Assembly (NCBI GenBank): GCA_051362555.1
Contig: CM120642.1
Location: 23,436,001-23,500,000 of the forward strand
Direction of reading: 5' to 3'
Source: Lingula anatina
Lineage: Eukaryota > Animalia > Brachiopoda
DNA length: 64,000 bases
The notes beneath the pieces were generated by a model, which searched no databases, was not told where the DNA came from, and saw only the letters and a program-made list of their open reading frames with translations. Numbering within the stretch: position 1 is the stretch's first letter; each line of letters starts with the position of its first letter. Positions 39,901 to 50,891 of this stretch are shown here, in pieces. Made by a program: the position numbers and the translations under genes.

Positions 39901-41133
39901 ATGACTTAGGGAGGTTTACATGGAATAGTGAGATTTTCATTTTTGAACAAATTGGCATTTTCAAGATGTTTCTCTGTGGGTTTGAAGCCCAGTGATAGTA
40001 ACATTCTCAGAATGACCACATTAACAATAGTACATTAAATTTGATGGTGATTAAGCAGTTCAGCATTATGGGATATTACATTGATCTTTAATTTTTGAAT
40101 AAGTTGTTCATCAGTTTTGGGCTGCTTTGTCATTTGTTTGTTTAATTATTTGACAATTCTGTGCCTCAATTGTTCTTTTTAAAGTAAGAGAATATAAGCA
40201 TTTTTTGGCATTGATTTCTAATGTATTTTCCTTATTTCAGTCCACTATAGCAAAGTATAACAGTGCTCTTGTGGCAGAGGGAGCAGCACATCTGGTTAAA
40301 GTTTGGGGTACCAAACATTTGGAGATCCCCAAAGAAATGGAAGCGCCTTATATGAGACTAATAAAGCTCCCTCCATTAAACAACTATCCACCAAGTGAAA
40401 TAGTAAACTATCTTTCCTCATTTTCCCCAAAAGAATCTATTTGTTAATATCAATTTTCAAAACTGTCTATATATAAAAAAGGCTTGTGGATGAAAGTAAG
40501 TGTCAGGGACAAATTGTTATTAGTTTTACTGCAGCATTCATTTAATTTTTAAGTGAAGTTTTCAGCTTATGTATGTTTACTCCTTTGTAAACTATAGGGA
40601 TCAATACAAGCAATTAATGTACTACGTGACATGATACTTTGTATTTTCACTTATTTTTCTATTTCAGCTTCAACTTGTGGCAGATATTTACTTCAAGTAC
40701 AATGTGATAGGTTGTGTGGTGCAGCCAGACAACGGAGACCTCTGGGTCAGAATCTCCGGACAGATCTGGAACACCATGGAGGATTACAAAAAACTTGGAG
40801 AAGCGTTGTTGAAACTTCAAGCAGAAGGTAAATGTAGCATTTTTATGTTTAAGAAACCAAATGTGCTTTTTGAGTTTTATTCTAATTGTTCTCCCCCCCC
40901 CCCCATCAATGAATATTCATATATGCAAGATAAATAAAAGTTATAATATTTCAATTTAAGAGTTGGCTTATTTGATGAGTTTGGGCTATTTGGGAAAAAT
41001 TAATTTTACAAAAATTTAAAAAGATTATTCTAATGTGCATGAATTTGCTGAAAAATAAGTTGGGTTGTTTGGCTTCACAAACATTTTTTTTTTTTATTAT
41101 TTTACAGAAAAACAAGCTGGTGAACCACAGTAG
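36396..41133 (+). CDS. PLP-dependent aminotransferase class V / C-S lyase (hercynylcysteine sulfoxide lyase Egt2 / isopenicillin N epimerase / L-cysteine desulfhydrase-like)
   Basis: Exons 36396-36538, 37094-37236, 37601-37717, 37958(or 37964)-38071, 38428-38589, 39399-39607, 40241-40402, 40668-40827, 41108-41133(TAG), in phase. Motifs NNGSYGATP, PNTTTGINAV, VVVDAAHSVGQVPL, SLHKWLYTPKGCG (PLP Lys), SHGY, FFFQGT, WVRISGQIWN. Confidence 0.9.
36662..36705. repeat. (ATT)n microsatellite
   Basis: Direct. Confidence 0.9.
38751..39070 (-). mobile_element. RTE-type LINE 3' fragment
   Basis: Minus-strand IWPRTISNE.LL...RRWKWIGHLLRK...WTPEG, then RRTVEKEL...ARDREQWRTFVDA and a (TAG)n tail. Confidence 0.85.
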
Positions 41134-42651
41134 ATGTGTCACAGATGGCATACTTTGAGAAGGATTGTTTGAAGATGAAACTAATGTGTTTATTCCCAAA
41201 GAAAAATATTCTTAAGAGAAATGAAAGCATTTATTTTCATACATAAACTGTCCATATATAAACTGCGATATTATTAGGAAAACCACATGCGTGGATTTGT
41301 TAATCTACAAGTTGGTCTTAGACTGGAGTATCTAATAGGTACAGACCCGTCTTCCTTAAAGTCATAAACACATTCCACTCTTCATATAGTATAACATTCA
41401 CTGTAAGTGTATTTAAATATATTATATTGGAAATTTAGGTTAAATCATTGCATAAATTTTACATACATAAATTTTTTATGATTCATGAAGAGCCCCGATA
41501 TATCTACTACAATATGAAGTACAAATACGAGGTAAACAGGCAAAGAATAGACATGCACCTGTTATTAGGCATTTATCCTTAGATTCATTTACTTACATAA
41601 CATATATTATATTTAAAGTCTTATAGGGTTAAACTTTAGTCACTGACCACAGTCAAGTGCCTGTTCACTTAGTTAAATGTTTTACACTCATTGACATTGA
41701 AGAAATGTACTGAAAGATTTTGATATTCAGTTGATCTCTGCTATTTTAAGCAGAAGGCAAATTTTAAGAAGCACTTTTGTGATTAAAACCCAGTGATTTT
41801 ATCAGATATTTTTTTTCTTAATATTAATTTGCTCATTGTGCAATGCTGGTATTCAGTGGAGGGCTAGGGTTGGTGAAAAAATAAATCCTAAGCCCTCGTT
41901 TTCTATTTGAGTTTGCTCAATAAATTTAATCTGTTAAATATTCAGAAATATTGAGTACATCAAGCTTTTCAATATTTCACCCTTTTAGTCCTTATAATTT
42001 TTTGTTGCTTACTTGCTTCTGTGATTTCACGATTTCAAACAAGACTGACCAATACCACTTTTAAAATTGCATGGTAAATTTCGCTATCGAGCATATCCCA
42101 GTAAGTGCCAAACAGGACTGGAACTGTGATGCAACATTTTTTAGATTTTTCAAAATTGAGCTAGAAAACTTGTCATTCCATTATTTTGGCAACATTCACG
42201 TCCAATACGCATTGGTGTTTATGATAACATTTCAGACAGATCCAGTAATCATAACATACAGACACATCCAGCATCTGAACTAAAAGAAAACGGTCACCAA
42301 TCCCCAAAACCTGTACCCTCTGGGCCAAAATGTTAAAATTCCTCAGTGACAAAATTAAAATATATATACTCATGCCAGGCGAGAATTTAATTTTCTCTGT
42401 GTGGTACAAGGTCTTATTCATTTCTTTGGGTAAGCAAAAATTAAACAACCACCAGACAAATCCATTCAACTTATTTATTTTTCTTCTTTTCAATATTTTT
42501 ACAGAAAGTAATGTCTTTCAATATCCCTCAAGATCCATTTTTTCATGTACGTGAATCTTCTATCCTGTGTCTGTATTATAACATTACAGTAATTCTGTGT
42601 AGAATGTTCCCTGCTGATCTTTCCCGCAGGTAGGATGACAGTGAAACGTTT

Positions 42652-44337
42652 TTATCTGTTTGACTTGGCAACTCTTTCCAGTTCATCCTTCTTCTTGATA
42701 GCATAAGAGTTGGAGGACCCCTGAAACAAATTCAATTCTCATCTATTAGCGCCAATTGAAATAATATTTTTCCTGTGATACGTAATGTATATTTAGGCTG
42801 TCCCTTAAAATGAAACTGAAACTCGTTTGTTTTTATGTCAAACAAGATCCAAATTTGATTTACAAGAAAATGATTCATTAATTCTGGTCTGCAACCAAGC
42901 AAATAAACCTCACATCAACAAACATTTGAAATACTGAAGTACATATTTGTACACATTTAACACTAAATGTATTCACCATGTACACATTTAACACGTGAAC
43001 ATATTTACCACAACAAGAGAAACAAAAATTTGTCATACCTTTGCTGCATTAATCAATTCATCAGCTAAGCACTCAGCAATAGTCTTAATGTTACGGAATG
43101 CGGCTTCACGTGCCCCCGTACACAACAGCCAGATGGCTTGGTTGACACGCCTCAGTGGGGAGACATCAACGGCCTGACGCCTTACAGTACCAGCACGCCC
43201 AATACGTGTGGAGTCCTCCCTGGGGCCACTGTTGATGATGGCGTTTACCACAACTTGGAGTGGGTTCTGAGGGGGGAGAGAAAAAAAGATCATGTAGACA
43301 AAGCTCTAGCTCGGTCACTTAAAAAGCTTATTTTTGCAATGAGAAAGAAATTCTGACATAAAAAGGGACAGTGTAAATTATATGCCAAAAAGATACACTT
43401 CAACCCAATGTGAAAATATACTAACAGTGAAAGCCTCTCCTAGAATATTGGAGACACCATGCAGAAAAGAGGTACTTATTAGTATAATCAGTATATGTTA
43501 AACATTACAGAAAAAAAAACAAACAAAAAAACTACATATCCTATATATTACCTCTCCAGTGAGTAAATAGATGATTTCAAATGCGTGTTTCACTATGCGC
43601 ATGGCCAAGAGTTTTTTGCCATTGTTACGTCCGTGCATCATGAGAGAGCAGGTCAGGCGTTCCACGATGGGGCACTGTGCCTTCCTGAACCTCTTCACCT
43701 GGTAACGACCACCAGAGTGGGGCACAAACTTGGCATACTTCTCCTTGACAGCGATGTAATCCTAGAAGAGAATTGAGAATAAATGACAAACTGCAAAACA
43801 TAATTAAAGCAACTATATAAGTCAAAACTCCAAATTATAACAAATTCCCACTTTGTATTTTCATTTATTTTATTGTTATTATTATTTTTTTTTTACATTT
43901 TAGACTTTTACATAATTTAAATTTAGAGAAGCTTTCAAGTAAAAAACAATATATTGCCCTATTTTTTATTTGAAACAGCAGATGTGGGTGGCAAGCATCT
44001 AAAAAGCAAATGATTTTCAGAATTATAACACGTTTTCAAGTTAATGTTGTAAAAAGATAAAAAAAATTGTTACAGTTGGTAAAGTTGTTTAATTTTAATG
44101 AAACACATCTGCTCTGCCGGACAACTTTCATCAGAATGTTAACTGTTCTTACACAAATTCTGAATGAAATAAATAATAAACTATCACTTATCTGAAATGA
44201 CATGCAATGTTACTTACTGTCAAGCTGATGTCACTAACTTGGACATCTTCTGATGACCAGCGACCGAAGAGCTTGATCTCCGGAGCTTCTGCTACAGCAG
44301 CCACAGGCGCAGCAACCTCGCTATCCCAGTTCTCCAT
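42652..44337 (-). CDS. RPS5: 40S ribosomal protein S5 (uS7), 208 aa
   Basis: Coding exons 44337-44218, 43761-43552, 43266-43039, 42720-42652(TAA); [52 protein letters not shown]. Confidence 0.98.
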
Positions 44338-45194
44338 ACTGAGAGCTGCAGAATACAAGACATACTCCATGAATGAGACTGGTCAACTTGGAAGTTTAAG
44401 CATTTTAAGAAAAAACAGTGACATCGACTAATAACTAAAGGTATAATTTGCATCGACTTGAAGGGACATAATAAAATGTTAACATCCATAAATACTGACA
44501 ATATTTATAACTCTTGGCCCTGCTCAAAACTGTGTCATTACCACTTACAAAATGAGAAGAATGCACATTATGGCTTTACCAAATAATCTGTGATTTTGGC
44601 AGGCTTATATGATTAAGAAAAAAAATTATGATTAATGCTTCAAAAACTGAACAATCAGATGACTCCCTGTTCCTTTTCTTCAGGTCTTATATGAGTAACA
44701 CTGCAATTTTCATGGTTTTTCACAATTTAGTTATGTGGTGTCTTTGATTAATGTCACTGCTGTTAATACTAATTTCTTTTTCAACTTTCATTACTGTTAT
44801 TTCGTTGTCCACCCCTGAATGGGCTCGAGGGGCATTTTCCTAACACATTTCACACCAAGTAAAAGTAAGAATGAGACAGTAAACTGCCAATTGTGGGCTG
44901 CTTTAATCAAAGTGAAAAGCTACTCCCTCATCTAGGTGGATTATACATAATAACTTTTGGAGTTCGATTTTAACATGATTTCACATGGGCGCAGCCATAT
45001 TTGATTCTCGGCAATAATACAAGGTTCGTTTTCTGTATCAAATTAAATAATCATTGAACAGGTTTTCGATTACAACATCACCAGAGAGAATTCTTTGGTT
45101 TTTATTTTGTATACTAGCAGACCGACAGCAGTAACGATTACACACGTTTGGATATATTGAGCATTTTTTCAGACCGTAGAGAAGCATCAAGTAC

Positions 45195-45225
45195 CTGTTC
45201 ACTAGCCTTGTAAAAGAGGCGGAAG
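45195..45225 (-). promoter_or_regulatory. RPS5: RPS5 TCT initiator / 5'TOP and non-coding exon 1
   Basis: Minus strand cc(+1 ~45218)tcttttacaaggctagtgaacag|gtac; polypyrimidine start typical of ribosomal protein genes. Confidence 0.75.
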
Positions 45226-45833
45226 AGGGTTTCCTTCGGCTAAAACACGGGCTCCGGAAGTCAAAGAAAAATTAGGTCAAGTTTGCTAACAGAGGTAAGC
45301 AAGTACTGTACTGTGAACTGATATGGAGGTTTTTCTTTAGAAGGGAGGGGGTGGTGCACGGGATGGGAGTACAGCTCAGGAAATTTAATGCAATAGACAG
45401 TGCCTGAGATACAGGTATGCAATATCAGTCGGTGTAAATACAGTACCCTCGCCATCTTTGTAGTGTTTTTTTAATTATAAATAGAGGACAGAAAAAATCA
45501 GCTGATCGTCAATCATGACATGGAGTCCAATCTCAGTCAGTGCACAAATTGTTTCAGACTTTAAATTAGACACGGAACTAAGGACATTTTTCAGATATGC
45601 CCTATATTTTCATAACTTTTGTCAAACTCCATTTATTGAATTTATTCCTAAATTTACTGACCTCTCTTTTTCAGAATTGAACTTGAGGTGCTGCAGCGTT
45701 TTACGATGCCACCAATGGTGCTTTATTGGTGCTGTTGGAACTGGTGTTCTAGTGGTGACTCCAGCAATGGTGCTTTAGAATATGCTGCCTGTTGGTAGTG
45801 GGTGTAAAGTGTTTGTCTGTGCCATGATAGAGA
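45226..45833. promoter_or_regulatory. Probable bidirectional promoter region RPS5 / DIPK1
   Basis: Head-to-head genes ~0.6 kb apart; ETS-type CCGGAAGT at ~45255 and YY1-type CGCCATCTT at ~45450. Confidence 0.55.
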
Positions 45834-45892
45834 ATGGGTCGAGTTCCTTGGGTAAATGCCTCTTTGCTTTCCTACTACTCACTGCCCTTCCC

Positions 45893-45935
<43 letters not shown>

Positions 45936-48900
45936 CTTTCAAAAATGGATCAGACTAAAAACAAAACATCTGTAAATATTTTGATAAGACTCCTGCTCTG
46001 TACTGAGTATGTTATTTTTTATGATTTGGATTTTTGAATAGAAAGGCATAAAAATGCAAATATATTTTAAAGGTATTAAAATATGTGATATATGCAGCAG
46101 TTTGTAGAGACAACTGTATGTTTTGTATATTGTGTCACTAGATGATAATATGAGTATTATGCTGCAAGTGTTCACACAGGGATGTTTATTAAAATGTTTT
46201 AAAAAAATCAAAAGTTTATTATTCATGTAAAGAAATGCTTTTTTAATTTTTCCAGAAAATTGCCCATATCAGACCACACCACCTGTTACTGGGGACTGTG
46301 TCTCTAGCCATCTTCTCTTGGCTTCTTATAAGTTGTTATCTGGACTCGGCATCCCACTGTCAGGGCTTGATATACCAAGATTTTATAGTAAGTATGTGTT
46401 TATGTTTACATATATGTATATATACATATGTTCTCTATGTGTAAATGAGAGAAATAAATGAATTGGAGATTATTGGAGGTTAGTGATGTTGGCCTAAGGC
46501 TTCTTTTAAGGATTTTATGGACATTCCTTTCCTGAGTTGGATGGCAGTTTCTCTTTATTATATTTTATCAAAAGATGTGGCATGTATTATGACTTACTGA
46601 TGATTCAGAACCAATTTTAATTCATTCTTGCCACTATGTATGTTGAAACAAAAAGAGCTTTAGATAAGCTTTTGATTTTATTTATTTATGTAATTTCTTG
46701 TAAGCAAGCAAATAACAGCCGAAGAGAAAGTGCAATAAATAATACTGAAACATAAACAAAGAATATGGTGTTTTTTCCCAGTGTGACCAGTATCAGAAAA
46801 TGACAGTTGGTGGAGAGCTATGTAAAGATCTTTGTGAAGATGGCAAGCTGAAGATGGGGACCTGTCAGCTAAATTCTAAACATGGTGCTAGTGTGGTAAG
46901 TGATAAAACAAACAAACAGCAATAAAGAGACTGATTGGTGATCAGTCAAGATGAGAAATGTTTATGCCCCCCCCCCCTTTAAAAATTGAGTTTTCCAACA
47001 TTTTATTACAACAAAATAGTTTAGCTGATGTAGAGTCAAAACATGTCTCACAGGTAAAATCACATTTAGTTTCTTTTGAAACAATTTACCTTTTCATACC
47101 AAGAGTTCATTTGTTGTAACTTTTGGCTAACATTTTCATAATCAATACATTAATGCATTGCCGTTATTGTACATTTCTGTGTATGTTGTAAAACTCACCA
47201 TGTTATATAAGGTGTTGACTTCCCTTTCTCCCAGCGTATCAGGATGGTGAGGCCTGTGGCTGAAGCAGTCCTGTCAAGCAGTTGAGAAATCCATGAATGG
47301 TGTCGATTTTCTCTTCATTGTCAGTAAAACTGTATCAGTTACTGACTTTCACATGTGGTTGAAGATAAATTCCAGTATAGAAGGGCTTAAAAAAGTAAAG
47401 AGAGGGGCATTCCTCAGCAGAGACTGATGTTAGGTGCAGGTGTATTTGATAGAATGCTAAAATCAGGCAAAAAAAAAAATTCTTAACTTTCAATTTTATT
47501 TCCTCTCAGGAATTCAAAGTGGACAAGAAGGTGATCAAGGTTAAGAGGGACACCTTCCTCAGCATAGTGGGAGGAGTGCGAGACGGGGACACATTCAACA
47601 TGCCCACCAAAGGAACAAGCATGGAGAGTTTTCGCCTCATGGTCAGTTCATTAGTAGTCAGCAGACTGGGCGGTGATGACCATCTGGAGTTAGTGACCAG
47701 AATACTGGACAGGGCAGATGTTAATATGGATGGGAAGGTATATGGAATTAAGCTGAATCATTAGTGAATAGATACATGAAGGGAAGAGTCATAGAAAAAT
47801 TCATACTTAATGAGAAGAGATCTCTCACTGTCTGGTGGACATGATTCTTGTACAAACTTGTGGTTAGGGAAGTAGTGATATGTTACATGGTTATAAGTGT
47901 CTGCCAGTTTTGTTTTCTTATGCTTGATGTTTACATACAGACATTGTAAATGACTTTTGTCCATTTTAGCATGTATTTTGATAATATTCACCCCATGTGT
48001 GAAAAACATTAATTTTGTTTTACTACAAATATACTTAAGGGTTTATTAAGTGAAAATGTGCGTTTCTTTCAGAATCAACATGATTTTTTTTTTACTTTTT
48101 ATTTTTTAAGAAAAGTGATTGGTGTTTGGTTTTTGTTGTAGGTATTGTGTATGGCAAAGTTTGCCACATAAATGCCAGTATTTTTGTTTCACTTTAATTT
48201 TACTGAATCAGTAACACTGACTAAAATACTGCCTCCTTTTCAGGTGTCACTTGCAGAAGCCAAAAGTATATGGAGTCTTCTACAGAACAGCGATTTCTTC
48301 ATTTCCTTCATTTTTCAAAACACAGAATTTGTGCCCAAAATCCAGAAATTCTGTGGCAATATATTTGCTGTAGAAGAAGTTCCCCACACATATTTATATG
48401 ACAAGGATAACCCATCATATCTGAGGTGGATATTTGCTAACTCATATCAGTGGCTTCAACCAAGCTGGCACCATCGGGCAAAAATTGTTGTTGGTCTATT
48501 GGAGTTCATAATGGCAGTATACCAGTATAGAAATGCAGGGGAGTTTTATATCTGCCATTTAGATGAGTCAGTTGTGGGATACACACGTCGCTATGACATG
48601 AGATTTTTAGGAGTGTCCCAGTTGCTTCCAAAGCAGACATTTATGAAGGTGATGCAGCTTCGCCAGTGTTTTTCAGACGAGGACTGTTTTTACTCAAAAA
48701 CCTGCAGCTCAAAATGTGACATTTCACAGCACACTTGCTCAGGGAGTCTCAGCAAACCTAATCTTTTTCATGCCTGTCAGTTACTCAGAGAATATCTGTT
48801 GTATGACTTAGTGGGTGGCGAGAGAGTGGAGCTCTCAGGGATGCTGCGCACGTGTCGGGCTCTTGACAACAATAAGACGTCTGCTGACTTAGATCATGCA

Positions 48901-48960
48901 GTGGTACTCAATAATATGAAAACATGGCTGTGGAACAAAATACAGAACAAAGTTTCTTGA
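45834..48960 (+). CDS. Divergent protein kinase domain 1 (DIPK1/FAM69 family)
   Basis: Exons 45834-45851, 46256-46387, 46782-46895, 47510-47737, 48244-48960(TGA). TM anchor, CDQY...LCKDLC, EF-hand DVNMDGKVSLAEAKSIWSLLQ, PKIQKFCGN, PSWHHRAKI..GLLEF, Cys-rich segment, LNNMKTWLWNKI. Confidence 0.92.
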
Positions 48961-50723
48961 TATTTTGTGGTGCTGATTATTCTCCATGAGGACTTTTTTT
49001 TTTTAGAATTTTAGGTGATTTTCTAGTCACTGTTTTATTGTCTTCCAGTTTTGTTTCTTTTTATGATTTTTTAAAATCAAAGACATTTAAAGAAATTAAT
49101 TTTAAACTTTACCTACACATCTTATAGTTTGATTATTGTAGTGACGCAAACAGTTTTTGATTGTGATAAACTAATCATAAATTTGTGCCATAGTGATGAC
49201 GTATCTCAGTAAACATGCTTTCATGATTATCTACATTCATGTAAATAAAAGGAAGAGGGTGTATTTTTTAAACTTGTAGACTTCTGAATAACAGCTGAGA
49301 ACAACTGAAAACCAAATGTGAGAAACATTTATTGCCAATTGTATGACCAAAATCACTAATCTCTTTCCTCATTCAAATTTTAGATCTCTGTGTGATCTAC
49401 ATACGGACAGCTCATATCTCTATTTTTTTCGGAGTCCATATGTTGTTTTATTTTATCAAGGCCCATTGAAGAAGGGTCAAAGTGCCATGCCTGGTAGGCA
49501 GAAATGTGTGTATAGTCTCTCTTTAAGTGCTTAGATATTTACTTTTTATCGTCATTATTAATATACTATACTATACTTGTAAGGAAGGCCGCAAATAAGT
49601 CAGCATTTAAGTTTTTTTCTATCCAGGGGATTGTGAGTTTTATTTAAGATTTATTTAAGATTGTTTATTTGTGACAATCACTGCTAGATCCAGCATTAAT
49701 ATTATGATATTAATTGTGTTGTGTGTGTTTTTTATTTTTTTATTCCCCTTTGTCCAACTGGGTTAGATATGCTGAGCATTTTGCAATACTTCATTGGTCC
49801 TTAGATTACTCATGAATACAAATGCAGGGTAAATGAACTTTTTATTTACAAATTAGACTTGCGTAGACTTATTAATTGATTCTGTTGATGTTGCTTATTA
49901 TGGAAGCGAATGCCTTTGATAGCAGTGTATTGAATGGCACTCAGTTTTGCTGCTGGTCCCTTTTTTTGGAAGGGAGGGGAGGGGCAGAGGCAAGGCCGTG
50001 TTGAAGAGAAAAGCAGATAACCATGTCATATTAATACCATCAGTGCTATCTTGGTTTTAAAAGGCAAATCATTGCTGCTGTGTGCCATTTTGGTTCTTAA
50101 CATTGTATAATGTTATGCTGCTCCATTGGGAAGTCTATCATTGAGAAAATACACATATACCTGCATATACTCTTAGAATGTGCTTCTTTCTTTGCAGTAT
50201 TTGTATAAAAACTAAGTAGTACTTATAAAAATGTTCTTTGAATACCAGTATTCAGCTTGGATAGTGATTGTTTTCAGGTTAATTTCTCCATGTTTTTCTG
50301 GTTGACACTGTTGAAATGTAACTGAACTTGTTTTATCTAGATTCCTTATATATATTTGTTGTTGAGATGCATGGTTATATTGTTAGAGAGATGAAAAGGT
50401 GCTGTCTATAGTCCAGAAAAGCATCTGTTATAAAAACATCTGTTGTGATTTAGTCTGCTTAGTTCGTGTGTGTCAGAGTATGGTTATAAATAATATGTAT
50501 ATCTATGTTATCTTGAGTAGAATTTCAATAATTAGTACTCGATGTTGTCTTTAATCTCCAGTAATTGTTATATATAAAAGAAACCATTTAATTTTTTTTG
50601 TGGAAATATGTGAATGTTATTTTGTAAAATATTGATTCGTTTTGTTTGAAATGTATTTATTTGCCCATGTTTTTTCTTTTATTTTTATGACGATGTAGTT
50701 AAGAGAAATCGTGAATGCTTACC

Positions 50724-50891
50724 CAGGGGCGGATTTAGGCCGTCTTCTGGGTCTTCTGGAAGACGGTCAGATTTTCAAGTTTACATTGACGGGTGTCTAA
50801 TTTTTTCTGTCGGAAGACGGTCAAAAATGGAGGGCGAATCAACAAAGATAATTTGGAAGACTGTCAGAAAATGTCTCTGGATCCGCCCCTG
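50724..50891. mobile_element. MITE with CAGGGGCGGAT termini and 6-bp TSD
   Basis: caggggcggattt...tggatccgcccctg flanked by CTTACC on both sides. Confidence 0.85.

Noticed and set aside
43405-43495. Hairpin in an RPS5 intron with a U17/snR30-like ggagacaccatgcag string
   Set aside because: The string is antisense to the host gene, the AUAUUCCUA motif is absent, and ACA spacing does not fit an H/ACA RNA
44790-44850. Possible H/ACA snoRNA hairpin in RPS5 intron 1 (GCCCCT/AGGGGT stem followed by ACAGTA)
   Set aside because: Weak lower stem and no second hairpin; an Infernal/snoGPS hit would be needed
42652-48960. Apparent synteny with vertebrate RPL5-DIPK1A
   Set aside because: The gene here is RPS5, unrelated to RPL5, and the orientation differs; only the names are similar
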